A stretch of 64,000 nt of DNA from assembly GCA_001784555.1 (NCBI GenBank), contig MFRM01000020.1:101733-165732 (forward strand). The letters run 5' to 3'. Origin of the DNA: Candidatus Melainabacteria bacterium RIFCSPHIGHO2_02_FULL_34_12 (lineage in GTDB: Bacteria; Cyanobacteriota; Vampirovibrionia; 2-02-FULL-35-15). Positions 1-11,189 of this stretch are shown one piece after another. A program made the translations under genes and the position numbers. How positions within the stretch are numbered: position 1 is the stretch's first letter; every line of letters begins with the position of its first letter. The notes beneath the pieces were generated by a model, which worked only from the letters and a program-made list of their open reading frames with translations, ran no database searches and was not told where the DNA came from.

Positions 1-906
1 GGTGAAACTATTGCACCGCTTGTAGCATATCTTTGTCATATAAGAAATGACTGTCCAGATTTACAACCTGCCCAGCGTGCTGAATGGGCAAAAAAAGAAT
101 CATTCTTTAGACTTTTAATTAATGAACTATTTTCTGGCGAAGAAGTAAAACAAGATACTTTAAATGCATTGGTAGGTGAAAATCTTAGTGAATATGATTT
201 ACAACTTAAACTAGCAGCTAGAGTAAGCCTAACCACTTCCTTGGAAGAAGATATTAATGGTCTAGGAAACATATTTAAAGAAGATTTAATGGCAATAGAG
301 CCATCTGTTCAAAAACTTCAGAAAAATCCTTATGATTATGAAGCTGCTTGTGTAGTTGGAAGATTTATTTTGCAAAGACCAGAGTTTTTTCAAACTAAGG
401 CAACAGATGTAGATTTAATATCTAAAGTTAAATTGATTTACAGTGTTTTGCCAATTCTTTCTGAAAAAATAAGAGAAATTAAAGAAGCAGATTCTTCAGA
501 ATCTGCTCGATCCCGCCAACCAGCTCAACCACCTCAAAGCGATTCAAAACCTCAAAGTGATTCAAAAATCCCTCTTATTGGAGCTCTTGTCGGTGCACTT
601 GTAGCAGCAGTTAGATTTATTTTTTCAGGTCAGAAAAAAACAGATTTCTTTTCAAGTCTTGGAATGTTATTTGTAGGTGCTCATGCAGGCAGTGCAATTA
701 AATCAAGTCAAGAAGGTGGCTCTATAGGTGGAAAAAGAGCCTGGGCACAAAGTGGAATTGGTCTTATAGTTAGTGCTATTTCTTATTACATGTCACAGAA
801 TAAAGCTACTGGTGCTATCATGCCTCTCTTTACTGGAATTACAGGTGGGTTTCTTGGGTGGATGTCTGAGAATGTAAGATCATTAGCAGGCGTATCTAAA
901 AATTAG
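1..906 (+). CDS. hypothetical protein, 5'-truncated at window edge (at least 301 aa); SDSKPQ repeat and C-terminal Gly/Ala-rich paired hydrophobic segments
   Basis: Frame 1 is open from base 1 to the stop at 904-906. The listed ORF 169..906 is only its 3' part. No recognisable catalytic motif. Confidence 0.5.
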   Translation, partial: GETIAPLVAYLCHIRNDCPDLQPAQRAEWAKKESFFRLLINELFSGEEVKQDTLNALVGENLSEYDLQLKLAARVSLTTSLEEDINGLGNIFKEDLMAIEPSVQKLQKNPYDYEAACVVGRFILQRPEFFQTKATDVDLISKVKLIYSVLPILSEKIREIKEADSSESARSRQPAQPPQSDSKPQSDSKIPLIGALVGALVAAVRFIFSGQKKTDFFSSLGMLFVGAHAGSAIKSSQEGGSIGGKRAWAQSGIGLIVSAISYYMSQNKATGAIMPLFTGITGGFLGWMSENVRSLAGVSKN

Positions 907-909
907 GAG

Positions 910-940
910 AGACGCCCCATTGGAGCGTCTGTACTTTTTT
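910..940 (+). terminator. weak intrinsic terminator candidate
   Basis: AGACGC-N9-GCGTCT stem (910-930) then TTTTTT (935-940), immediately after the stop of the upstream CDS. Confidence 0.3.
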
Positions 941-948
941 ATAAGCAT

Positions 949-2742
949 TTATTGTGTTATTGCAATTGGTTTTTCTTCAGGTTTATTTAATCCAAAATAT
1001 TGTTCGTAGATTTTTTTAGCTATAGGTGCAGCTACTGTTCCACCATGTCCTGCTTTTTCAGCTAGAACTATGACTACGATTTCAGGTTTATCTGCAGGAG
1101 CGTAAGATGCAAACCATCCGTGAGTTTTTCCTGTGCCATGGATTTCAGCTGAACCGGTTTTTCCAGCTATTTTAACCCCTTCAAGTTTGCTTGCCTGACC
1201 GGTTCCACTATCTACGCACTTTTCAAGTCCAATTTTTACGCTCTTTAAAAGATTTGAATCAATTTTAAAAGTATCAAAAGGCGGAAGTGATTTTGTATAA
1301 GTGCTGATTTGTTTTACTAGCTGTAATTTTGATACTTTAGATCCAGTTGCAATTCCACTGTATATTCTGGCTACTTGTATCGGGGTTACCAGTAAAAAAC
1401 TCTGACCAATTGCATAGTGAAGAGTATTTCCTGGATACCAAGGTTCTTTTAAGTTTTTTTGTTTCCATTTTTGGTCTGGAAGTATTCCAGTATCTTCTCC
1501 TAAGAGCTCAATTCCTGTTTTTTCCCCTGCTCCAAGTAGATCACCCCATTTTTTTATTTGTTCAGGAGTAAGTCTTCTTCCTATCTGATAAAAAGCAGTG
1601 TCACGTGACCATGCCAGGCATTCTTCTACAGGGAGAGTTTCTTCTTTAGATGTCCAGTCGCCAAATCTAGTACTTCCCAGATAAAATGCACCACTTACAT
1701 GAAATCTTTCATGAGGTTTTACAGCCATTGAATCAAGTGCAGCTAAAAGTGTAACAGGTTTCCAGATGCTGCCTGGAACGTATGAGAGTAATGCACGATT
1801 TAAAAAAGCTTTTTTTGCCACTAGTGAATTCCAGGTGTTGTTTGAAAGTGGTTTTGTGAAAATGTTTGGATCGTAATCAGGGTAGCTAGCCAGTGCAAGC
1901 ACTTCACCTGTATTAGGATTCACAGCAACCACTGCTGCATTTGAGCCTGAGCTTTTTATGATTTCTTCTGTGGCTTTTTGTAGTTCTAGATCTATTGTAA
2001 GTGTTATATCTTTTCCTTTAGTTGGGTTAACATGAATGACTGCATGTTTATAATCAGGATCTATTGGTTTACCAAAACGATCTACCTCTACAATGTTTTT
2101 TCCATCTACTCCACGAAGAATATCATCAAATAATCTTTCAATTCCATATTTTCCGACCAGATCCCCCAGCTTTCTATCCGATCTTTTTGCAAGTTCATGT
2201 TCATCTATTTGTGCTATATAACCCAGTACATGTGCTGCAAGAGGGCCATTTGGATAAAACCGAATTGGTTCTTTTTGGATGTTAATGCTAGGAAGATAGT
2301 GTTGCTGTTCTACTATTTGAATTGCTTCTTCTACGGTAATATTGCTTTGAAGCCGTATTGGAAGTGGAGCATTTTCAGGAAGCTTAAGTAAAATCTGTTT
2401 TAATTTTTCATGATTTGATTTTAGAATTCTAGTGAGTTTGTAGTAAATATCCAGCTTCTCTTTTTTTGTCTTTAGTTTATTTGGATAAACAATAACAGAA
2501 ATTGCTTGTTTATTTGTAGCAAGAATTTTCCCGTTTCTGTCATAAATTATTCCTCTGGGAGCACCAAGTATTGAGATGCGTGAGGTAGAATATTGGGCTC
2601 TTTGGGTAATGGATTTGTATTGAAAAATTTGCAGATAAAAAAGACGTAATATAAGGATGGATGTAAAAGTTAAAGTTATTCCTAATAAAACCTTTATTTT
2701 AAAGTCTTTGGTCTTTGATATTTCAATGATATTGAAGGACAT
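949..2742 (-). CDS. mrdA: penicillin-binding protein 2 (elongasome D,D-transpeptidase)
   Basis: 597 aa; N-terminal TM anchor; transpeptidase motifs S-I-W-K (SxxK), K-T-G-S; overall PBP2 architecture. Confidence 0.85.
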   Translation of the reverse strand: MSFNIIEISKTKDFKIKVLLGITLTFTSILILRLFYLQIFQYKSITQRAQYSTSRISILGAPRGIIYDRNGKILATNKQAISVIVYPNKLKTKKEKLDIYYKLTRILKSNHEKLKQILLKLPENAPLPIRLQSNITVEEAIQIVEQQHYLPSINIQKEPIRFYPNGPLAAHVLGYIAQIDEHELAKRSDRKLGDLVGKYGIERLFDDILRGVDGKNIVEVDRFGKPIDPDYKHAVIHVNPTKGKDITLTIDLELQKATEEIIKSSGSNAAVVAVNPNTGEVLALASYPDYDPNIFTKPLSNNTWNSLVAKKAFLNRALLSYVPGSIWKPVTLLAALDSMAVKPHERFHVSGAFYLGSTRFGDWTSKEETLPVEECLAWSRDTAFYQIGRRLTPEQIKKWGDLLGAGEKTGIELLGEDTGILPDQKWKQKNLKEPWYPGNTLHYAIGQSFLLVTPIQVARIYSGIATGSKVSKLQLVKQISTYTKSLPPFDTFKIDSNLLKSVKIGLEKCVDSGTGQASKLEGVKIAGKTGSAEIHGTGKTHGWFASYAPADKPEIVVIVLAEKAGHGGTVAAPIAKKIYEQYFGLNKPEEKPIAITQ

Positions 2743-2908
2743 ATATGATTGACATTTTACCTTAGAGGCAGCCCCTTAAATTGTATTTTTTTTGATCAAT
2801 CAATTAAAAGTTGTGGAATAATATTGTAGAAAGGTTTTATACCTTTCAGTGGAAAATGAAAGTTAAGAAAACAGTTTAGGATAAAAATTAACAAAGGAGT
2901 TAATAATT

Positions 2909-4192
2909 ATGCCAACCATGAATTTACCAATACCAAAAATCGAAGGACCGACCTGTTTTGATGCTGAGAGCTGCTTTTTTCAGTCAGTTGCTCAAAAAAT
3001 AAGTTTTATAGATGAAAACTTATTAAAAGTTCTGAATAGCTTCAGGCGTGAAATATCTATGGAGATTCCGCTTAGAAAAGATAACGGAACTCTTATTACA
3101 ATTAAAGCTTACAGAGTCCAACACAACAATGCCCGTGGACCTTACAAAGGTGGATTTAGAATTCATCAAAATGTCACCCTTGAAGAAGTTCGGATGCTTG
3201 CAAATTTAATGACCTGGAAAGGGGCTGTTGTAAATATTCCTTTCGGTGGAGCAAAAGGTGGAATTACACTTGATCCAAAAACTCTAACTAGAACTGAACT
3301 TGAAAGATTAGTGAGAGCTTATACATATAATCTAGGTGATAATGTAGGTCCTCATACTGACATTCCTGCACCTGATGTAAACACTGGTGCACAGACGATG
3401 GCATGGTTTTACGATGAATATGCAAAATCTCACAGTACTGATGCACTGGCAGTGGTTACTGGAAAACCAGTTGGGCTTGGAGGTTCTGAGGGTAGAGAAG
3501 AAGCGACAGGTCGGGGTGCTATGTATACGCTTAGAGAAATTGCAAAAGATCTAAAGATTGATCTAAGTCAGACAAAAATTCTGATAGAAGGTTTTGGAAA
3601 TGTCGGATATCATGCTGCCAGGCTCATAGTAGAAGAACTAAAAGGAAAAATCGTAGGAGTTTCTACATCTAAGGGTGGTATCTATAATCCAAAAGGAATA
3701 GATGTAAAAGCAGCACATGATCATTATTCTAAAAATGGATCTTTAAAAGGATTTCCAAATGTAGATCATATGACTCCTGGAGAATTCCTTTTTGCTGATT
3801 GTGATATTTTAATCCCTTCAGCACTTGAGGGCTCCATTGATAATAAAGTAGCAGACAAGACAAATGCTCAGATTATTATTGAAGGTGCAAATGGTCCTGT
3901 TACAGCATCGGCAAATGAAATTCTTCTTGATAAGAGAAAGGTTGTGGCTCCAGGTATTCTTGCAAATGCAGGTGGAGTAATTGTTTCCTACTTTGAATGG
4001 GTTCAAAATCTCCAGCAGTTTTACTGGAGCCATGAAGAAGTAAACAAAAAACTTGAAAAAATTATTTGTAATGCTTATGTAAACGTACGAGATCAATCAC
4101 GAAAAAATAAGATCTCTTTGCGTCAGGCAGCATATACAATCGGACTTGAAAGAGTTGCACAGGCTTGTATACTGCGTGGGACAGGGTTTTAA
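2909..4192 (+). CDS. gdhA: NAD(P)-specific glutamate dehydrogenase
   Basis: 427 aa; Glu/Leu/Phe/Val dehydrogenase signature ...NIPFGGAKGG...; AGGAG-like RBS upstream. Confidence 0.9.
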   Translation: MPTMNLPIPKIEGPTCFDAESCFFQSVAQKISFIDENLLKVLNSFRREISMEIPLRKDNGTLITIKAYRVQHNNARGPYKGGFRIHQNVTLEEVRMLANLMTWKGAVVNIPFGGAKGGITLDPKTLTRTELERLVRAYTYNLGDNVGPHTDIPAPDVNTGAQTMAWFYDEYAKSHSTDALAVVTGKPVGLGGSEGREEATGRGAMYTLREIAKDLKIDLSQTKILIEGFGNVGYHAARLIVEELKGKIVGVSTSKGGIYNPKGIDVKAAHDHYSKNGSLKGFPNVDHMTPGEFLFADCDILIPSALEGSIDNKVADKTNAQIIIEGANGPVTASANEILLDKRKVVAPGILANAGGVIVSYFEWVQNLQQFYWSHEEVNKKLEKIICNAYVNVRDQSRKNKISLRQAAYTIGLERVAQACILRGTGF

Positions 4193-4196
4193 TATT

Positions 4197-4233
4197 GGGG
4201 CAGGCGTAAAACCTGCCCTTACGTTTTCTTTAA
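4197..4233 (+). terminator. intrinsic terminator between convergent gdhA and gatB
   Basis: GGGGCAGG-CGTAAAA-CCTGCCCC hairpin followed by TTACGTTTTCTTT. Confidence 0.6.
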
Positions 4234-5687
4234 GATTGTATTAATTCATCAATTATTTTATTTACAATGGCTGGATTAGCTTTTCCACTCATTTTTTTCA
4301 TTACTTGCCCTACGAAAAATCCTTTTACTTTGTCTTTTCCTTCTTTCAGTTCTTTTACCTGATTTGGATTAGCATCAAAAATCTCCTTTACAGCTTGCTT
4401 AATGGGACCTTCATCGGAAACTTGAGCAAGTCCTTTTTGTTTAATTATTTCTTCTGTATCAGTACCTTTGCCCAGAAGCTCATCCAGAACTTCGGTTTTG
4501 GCAATGTTATCATTTATAATTCCTTTTTCTATAAAGCTTAAAAGATCATAGAGTTGTTTTGGAGTCATGCAGCAGTTAATTATGTCTATTTTATGTTCTT
4601 TTAAATATGCTGTAACTGGTCCTATAAGCCAGTTTGCAGCTTTTTTTGGGTTTGCTCCAATTCTTACTACTGCTTCATAATATTCAGCCATATTTCTGTC
4701 TTCCACTAAGACTTTAGTATCTTCTGTACTTAAGCCATATTCTTGCGGGTATCTGATTTTTTTCTGGTGCGGTAATTCAGGAATTGATTCTTTGATCTGA
4801 TTTATCCATTCTTGTGATATTTCAAGTGGCACTAGATCTGGCTCGGGGAAGTACCTATAATCATGAGCTTCTTCTTTACTTCGCATGGATACAGTTCTTC
4901 CGCTATTTTCTTCAAAAAGCCTGGTCTCCTGAATAATTTTTCCTCCGCTGTCTAATACTTCTGATTGTCTTTCAATTTCAGATTCAATAGATCTAACCAG
5001 GGACTTAAAACTGTTTACATTTTTAATTTCAGTTCTTGTCCCTAAAGTTTTAGTTCCAACCGGACGTAAACTTACGTTCACATCGCAGCGCATAGAACCT
5101 TCTTCCAGATTGCCGTCACAGACGTCTAGATATCTAAGTATGCTTCTTAAAGTTTGTGCATATTCCCTGGCTTCTTCCATTGATCTTATATCTGGTTTGC
5201 TGACTATTTCAATAAGCGGGGTGCCGGTACGGTTATAATCCACCAGACTGTATTCAGAACCATGTAAACGATCTGAACCTGCATGAACAAGCTTTCCTGC
5301 ATCTTCTTCCATATGGATTCTTTCAATTCCAATAATTTTTCCGTTTACTTCTAAGTGACCAGTTTTACAAATAGGCTGATCATATTGGGAAATTTGATAA
5401 TTTTTAGGCAAGTCAGGATAAAAATATTGTTTTCTGTCAAACTTACAATGCTTTGATATTTCACAATTTAATGCAAGCCCGGTTTTAATTGCAAATGCAA
5501 CTACTTGTTTATTTAAAACAGGTAATACTCCCGGCATTCCAAGACATACAGGACAGACATTTGTATTTGGTTCAGCTCCAAAATCTACTGGACAATTACA
5601 GAAGATTTTTGTTTTAGTCTTAAGCTGAGCATGAACCTCAAGCCCGATAACCACTTCATATTTTGTTTTTATTTGTACGACTGCCAT
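4230..5687 (-). CDS. gatB: Asp-tRNA(Asn)/Glu-tRNA(Gln) amidotransferase subunit B
   Basis: 485 aa; N-terminus MAVVQ..YEVVIGLEVHAQL..KIFC.C and GatB/YqeY C-terminal tail. Confidence 0.92.
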   Translation of the reverse strand: MAVVQIKTKYEVVIGLEVHAQLKTKTKIFCNCPVDFGAEPNTNVCPVCLGMPGVLPVLNKQVVAFAIKTGLALNCEISKHCKFDRKQYFYPDLPKNYQISQYDQPICKTGHLEVNGKIIGIERIHMEEDAGKLVHAGSDRLHGSEYSLVDYNRTGTPLIEIVSKPDIRSMEEAREYAQTLRSILRYLDVCDGNLEEGSMRCDVNVSLRPVGTKTLGTRTEIKNVNSFKSLVRSIESEIERQSEVLDSGGKIIQETRLFEENSGRTVSMRSKEEAHDYRYFPEPDLVPLEISQEWINQIKESIPELPHQKKIRYPQEYGLSTEDTKVLVEDRNMAEYYEAVVRIGANPKKAANWLIGPVTAYLKEHKIDIINCCMTPKQLYDLLSFIEKGIINDNIAKTEVLDELLGKGTDTEEIIKQKGLAQVSDEGPIKQAVKEIFDANPNQVKELKEGKDKVKGFFVGQVMKKMSGKANPAIVNKIIDELIQS

Positions 5688-5752
5688 TTAATTCATTTTA
5701 CATGATATATGGCGTACTGCGGTATGCCCCTACGTTCTATAATGATCTCGAA

Positions 5753-6508
5753 ATGAAGAAACAATCATTATTAATACCATATATAACTGCAGGTTATCCT
5801 TCAAAAAAATTATTTATACCAATTTTAAAGACGTTGTCGTTGTCAGATTCAAAAGCTAATTTTATAGAAGTAGGAGTGCCCCATTCAGATCCTCTTGCTG
5901 ATGGTCCTGTTATTCAGGAGTCATCTAAAATCGCCTTAGAAAATGGAGTGACGTTGAGATGGATCGTAGAGACGTTGTGCACAACGTCTCTACAGCGCGG
6001 AATAAAACCTCTGATTTTATTTTCTTATTTAAACCCGATCTTAAAATATGGATTTGAAAAATTATTGAAGGATCTTCCAAAGCCGTTATTTTACGGACTT
6101 ATAATCCCCGATCTGCCTCTGGAAGAAGCTGAAAAATATTTACCTTTATTTAAAAAACACAGATTAAATTTAATTCTTCTTGCAGCACCCACTACAAAAA
6201 AAACAAAATTAAAAAAAATCGCAAAAATGTCTGGTGGATTTATTTACCTGGTTGCAGTTACAGGAGTAACCGGTGAAAGAAAGAAACTCTCTTCAGATTT
6301 AAAAGTAAAAATTAAAGAAATAAAATCCTTTACCTCAAAACCAGTTGCTGTCGGATTTGGAATAGGTAATGCCAAGCAGGCAAAAGAAGTGATATCTTTT
6401 GGTGCTGATGGTGTAGTTGTAGGCAGTGCGATTATAAAGTTATTAAAAGAATCTAAAAATAACCATAGACTTTTAAAACTAAAAAAATTTGTAAAAACTT
6501 TTTCTTAA
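5753..6508 (+). CDS. trpA: tryptophan synthase alpha chain
   Basis: Start moved to ATG 5753 (MKKQSLLIPYITAGYP...) to avoid overlap with gatB; motifs EVGVPHSDPLADGPVIQ, GFGI..; no trpB adjacent. Confidence 0.85.
   Translation: MKKQSLLIPYITAGYPSKKLFIPILKTLSLSDSKANFIEVGVPHSDPLADGPVIQESSKIALENGVTLRWIVETLCTTSLQRGIKPLILFSYLNPILKYGFEKLLKDLPKPLFYGLIIPDLPLEEAEKYLPLFKKHRLNLILLAAPTTKKTKLKKIAKMSGGFIYLVAVTGVTGERKKLSSDLKVKIKEIKSFTSKPVAVGFGIGNAKQAKEVISFGADGVVVGSAIIKLLKESKNNHRLLKLKKFVKTFS
5966..5993. repeat. perfect 28-bp palindrome GTAGAGACGTTGTGCACAACGTCTCTAC, in-frame inside trpA
   Basis: First 14 nt are the exact reverse complement of the last 14; encodes VETLCTTSLQ; related copy at 36521-36548. Confidence 0.9.
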
Positions 6509-7290
6509 ACAGCTACTGTGTTTAAGCTTATAAGATTTACTTTAAAATCACCGCATAGATATAAGTTAGCGAATCTACGCATCTTATCTGCCTGAGCAGT
6601 TGTATAAAGAGAAATCTGAGGTTTCGCTCCACCAGAGGCGTTGCGCACAACACCTCTACTAAATTCATTTATTAAACTAACAGCGGGATCAATAAGATGT
6701 ACTTTTGTAAGTTCACTTAATTTATCCTGAATAATAGGGTAATGAGTACATCCTAAAATTAAAGCCTCGGAATCTTTTGATGTTTTTTCTAGATATTCGC
6801 GAATTATATTTTCTTTTTCATCATTGTCATAATTTAAATCCTCAATCATGGGTACAAGTTTAGGACAGGCAATTTCTTCTACTTCTAAGGAGTTATTCGT
6901 TTTTTGAACTGCTTTTTTATATGCAGCGCTATTAGCTACCAGGTTTGTTGCCCAGACTGATATTCTCTTATATTTTGAATTCGCAATTTCTTTTGCACAG
7001 CTCTCAATCATTCCATAGATAGGTACATTTAATTTATTTTGATATTCTGTAAGAACCAGTGCTGAACTGGTATTGCAGGCCATTATTATTGTTTTTGGAT
7101 CAAATTTAACTAACCATTTTACGATTTCATTTACTATACTATTAATTTCTTCTTTTGTTTTATCTCCAAAAGGTACTCTGGCAAGATCAGCAAGATATAT
7201 GTAATCTTCGTCAGGAAATTTTTCCAAGAGCTTTTTCAGGACAGTAAGCCCCCCTATTCCTGAGTCAAATAAACATATAGGTTTGTTCAT
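6505..7290 (-). CDS. murI: glutamate racemase
   Basis: 261 aa; DSGIGGLTV, ACNTSS and GCTHYP motifs. Confidence 0.9.
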   Translation of the reverse strand: MNKPICLFDSGIGGLTVLKKLLEKFPDEDYIYLADLARVPFGDKTKEEINSIVNEIVKWLVKFDPKTIIMACNTSSALVLTEYQNKLNVPIYGMIESCAKEIANSKYKRISVWATNLVANSAAYKKAVQKTNNSLEVEEIACPKLVPMIEDLNYDNDEKENIIREYLEKTSKDSEALILGCTHYPIIQDKLSELTKVHLIDPAVSLINEFSRGVVRNASGGAKPQISLYTTAQADKMRRFANLYLCGDFKVNLISLNTVAV

Positions 7291-8675
7291 TGTTTTTTCT
7301 TTTCGCCGTCTCTCCCCATCGCCGATTCGCCGTTTCTTTCCTCTTTCCTGGGTTCTACATCTAAAAATTTAAGTATAGCTTCAGTTAATGCTTTTGCATA
7401 TTTGTCTTGAGTAGTTGAGTTTGTTAAGAGCTTTCTATCATCGTGATTACTTAAGAAACCAAGTTCAGCAAGAATAGCAGGGCAGGAAGCGTGTCGTATT
7501 ACAAAGAACCTGGCTTTTCGAATAAAATGATCTGGTATTTTTATGTGGCTTAATATACTCTTGTGAATCAGGTATGCAAGTTTCTCACTTTTTCCAGTCC
7601 ACCAGTATGTTTCTACTCCTCTAATAGTTCGAGTTGTTTTAAGAGCATTTCCATGAATACTTATAAATACGTGAGGTTTTATACTGTTTGTAATTTCTAC
7701 TCTTTCTGCAAGAGAAAGAAAACCATCATCGTCTCTTGTAAGAAATACGGCAATACCGTATTCTTCAAGACTTTTCTTAAGCTTTTCAGAAATCACAAGG
7801 TTAACATCTTTTTCGTCAAACCCGCCGTAACTTGCGCCTGTATCATAACCTCCGTGTCCTGGATCAATAACTACTTTTATAGATGATTTTTTTCTTTCTT
7901 CTTCTTTTTCTTTGTTTATTTTTAATTTGATTTTAAGTTTGTTTCCAAGTAAAGTTGAATCAATGTTAGAGTCAATATTTTCTTTTGCAAGATCAATGAC
8001 AATTCTTGTGGCGTCTATGCTGCTTGCCGCACGGCCAATCCTTATTCCACTGACCAGGAATGTAGGATTGAATTTTGGTAATGAGCTTTCAGGAGGAAGA
8101 ACATTTAATAAATCAATTGCAATTCTGTCCGGATTTTTTAACGCATAAGTATTATATTTAATTGATTTTGTGCTTGAAATTGTTATTTCAGTTTCATCCT
8201 GAATCCCTTCGACTATAATATCTTTAAATTTACCCGGAGTATATTTTTCCAGATCTGTTTGATCACTACTTTCAGTTATCTTCCCGTTTTCTTCGGTGTC
8301 TATTCTAGCCACTTTGATTATGAGAGTTCGTTCATTGTTTGTCAGATAGGCTTTTCTGTTAATAGAAGAAATACCCTGAAATATAATTCTTACCTGTCCC
8401 TGCGTGGGTTCTGATACTGAAATGTTTTCATCCAGTTCGCTTCTAAATTTTGTTTCGAGAGATTTATTTTGGAGAGAACAATTTAAAATATCAATTATCA
8501 GTCTTTCTGGATCTTTAAGTCTTGCTTCTGCATAAGTGATTTTATTTGTGGTGTTTAAAATTAAAGAATTATTTTCCCAAGATACTGAGGTCGTTTCATT
8601 TAAAATATTTTGTGCAAAGATCTGGTTTACACTAACAATGAAAACTAAAAATAATGAAACTAACCTGGTAACCAT
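7287..8675 (-). CDS. N-acetylmuramoyl-L-alanine amidase with two AMIN domains (AmiC-like)
   Basis: 462 aa; signal peptide, two AMIN-like repeats, Amidase_3 core (VVIDPGHGGYDTGA ... ISIHGNA); C-terminal tail encoded by a GC-rich element. Confidence 0.85.
   Translation of the reverse strand: MVTRLVSLFLVFIVSVNQIFAQNILNETTSVSWENNSLILNTTNKITYAEARLKDPERLIIDILNCSLQNKSLETKFRSELDENISVSEPTQGQVRIIFQGISSINRKAYLTNNERTLIIKVARIDTEENGKITESSDQTDLEKYTPGKFKDIIVEGIQDETEITISSTKSIKYNTYALKNPDRIAIDLLNVLPPESSLPKFNPTFLVSGIRIGRAASSIDATRIVIDLAKENIDSNIDSTLLGNKLKIKLKINKEKEEERKKSSIKVVIDPGHGGYDTGASYGGFDEKDVNLVISEKLKKSLEEYGIAVFLTRDDDGFLSLAERVEITNSIKPHVFISIHGNALKTTRTIRGVETYWWTGKSEKLAYLIHKSILSHIKIPDHFIRKARFFVIRHASCPAILAELGFLSNHDDRKLLTNSTTQDKYAKALTEAILKFLDVEPRKEERNGESAMGRDGEKKKQ
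7294..7333. repeat. GC-rich TCGCC-type element at the amidase 3' end / murI start junction
   Basis: ttcgccgtctctccccatcgccgattcgccg in an otherwise AT-rich context; shares TCGCC/ATCGCC/CGCCGT units with elements at 12336-12372 and 60242-60277. Confidence 0.6.
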
Positions 8676-8681
8676 AATTAA

Positions 8682-9851
<1,170 letters not shown>

Positions 9852-9890
9852 TCAATTTCTAAAACGACATGCTAATATTTTAAATGATTT

Positions 9891-11189
9891 ATGACTAATC
9901 TACTTATTAAAAACGGAAGATACATTAATCCAAAAACCAATACAGATGAGAAGCTTGATGTATTAGTACAAGAAGGCAAAGTAGTTGATTTAAAGAAAGA
10001 AATAAATTTAAACGGTGATACTACTGTAATTGAGGCTAAGAATTTATGGGTAGTGCCTGGACTTATTGATATACATTGCCACTTACGTGATCCTGGGCAA
10101 CCTGAAAAAGAGACCATTGAAACCGGAACAAAATCTGCAGCTAGCGGAGGTTTTACTAGTATTTGCCCAATGGCAAATACTAAACCACCGATTGATACTG
10201 CTGCTTTAGTGGAGTATGTAAACAAAACAAATCAAAAGATTGGAATAGTTAATATTTTTCAGATTGCAGCAGTTACTAAAGGTCTTATGCAGGAAGAGCT
10301 AACTCCTTTTGAAGAACTGAAATCTGCAGGAGCTATAGGTTTTTCAGATGACGGCAAACCAATTGAAAATTTAAAGCTTCTTCGACATGCCCTTGAATAT
10401 GCGCAGATTATTGATGCGAATATTATAAGTCATGCTGAAGATTCAAAACTTTGTTGTGGAGGCGCAGTTCATGAAGGATACTGGTCTGTAAAACTTGGTA
10501 TACCCGGAATACCTTCAAGCAGTGAGGCTACATGCGTAGCCAGAGAGATTGAACTTGTCAGGCAGACAAAAGGCAAATTACATTTTGCTCATGTAAGTAC
10601 CAAAGAAGCTGTGGATTTAATTAGACAGGCAAAAAGTGATAGGTTGCGAATTACAGCTGAGGTAGCACCTCATCATTTAATTCTTACAGATGAAGATATT
10701 CAGGATTTTGACACTAATAAAAAAATGAACCCGCCAGTGCGATCAAAAGAAGATAAAGATGCATTGATTAAAGGAGTTTTAGATGGAACGCTTGATACAT
10801 TTGCAACTGATCATGCCCCACATACGCAGGAAGAAAAATCCAGATCTCTTTCTGAGGCACCGTTTGGAATAATTGGATTTGAAACTGCGCTTTCTCTTTA
10901 TCTTGAGGTCTTTTATCATACACAAAAGCTGTCACCGCTAAGTTTTATTAAAATGTTAACAATAAATCCTGCCTCAGTACTTAATATTCCTAGAGGTTCA
11001 ATATCAAAAGGTGATATTGCAGACATTACAATAATTAATCCAGAATACTCCTGGAAATATGATGTAAATAAATCATTGTCAAAATCCCGCAACTCACCTT
11101 TTCATAAGAAAACACTTAAAGGCAAAGCTTTATATACAATAGTTAACGGGAAAATTGTGCACAAAGAATTAAATGTTAACTATAACTAA
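9891..11189 (+). CDS. pyrC: dihydroorotase (multifunctional-type, long form)
   Basis: 432 aa; DIHCHLRDPG and FATDHAPH metal-binding motifs. Confidence 0.88.
   Translation: MTNLLIKNGRYINPKTNTDEKLDVLVQEGKVVDLKKEINLNGDTTVIEAKNLWVVPGLIDIHCHLRDPGQPEKETIETGTKSAASGGFTSICPMANTKPPIDTAALVEYVNKTNQKIGIVNIFQIAAVTKGLMQEELTPFEELKSAGAIGFSDDGKPIENLKLLRHALEYAQIIDANIISHAEDSKLCCGGAVHEGYWSVKLGIPGIPSSSEATCVAREIELVRQTKGKLHFAHVSTKEAVDLIRQAKSDRLRITAEVAPHHLILTDEDIQDFDTNKKMNPPVRSKEDKDALIKGVLDGTLDTFATDHAPHTQEEKSRSLSEAPFGIIGFETALSLYLEVFYHTQKLSPLSFIKMLTINPASVLNIPRGSISKGDIADITIINPEYSWKYDVNKSLSKSRNSPFHKKTLKGKALYTIVNGKIVHKELNVNYN

Noticed and set aside
36-272. 78-aa ORF on the - strand at the window start
   Set aside because: Antisense to the long open frame-1 CDS (1-906); low-complexity; no RBS.
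2064-2391. Small + strand ORFs inside mrdA (and similar ORFs inside dnaE, argF, gdhA)
   Set aside because: Fully embedded antisense in well-supported conserved genes.
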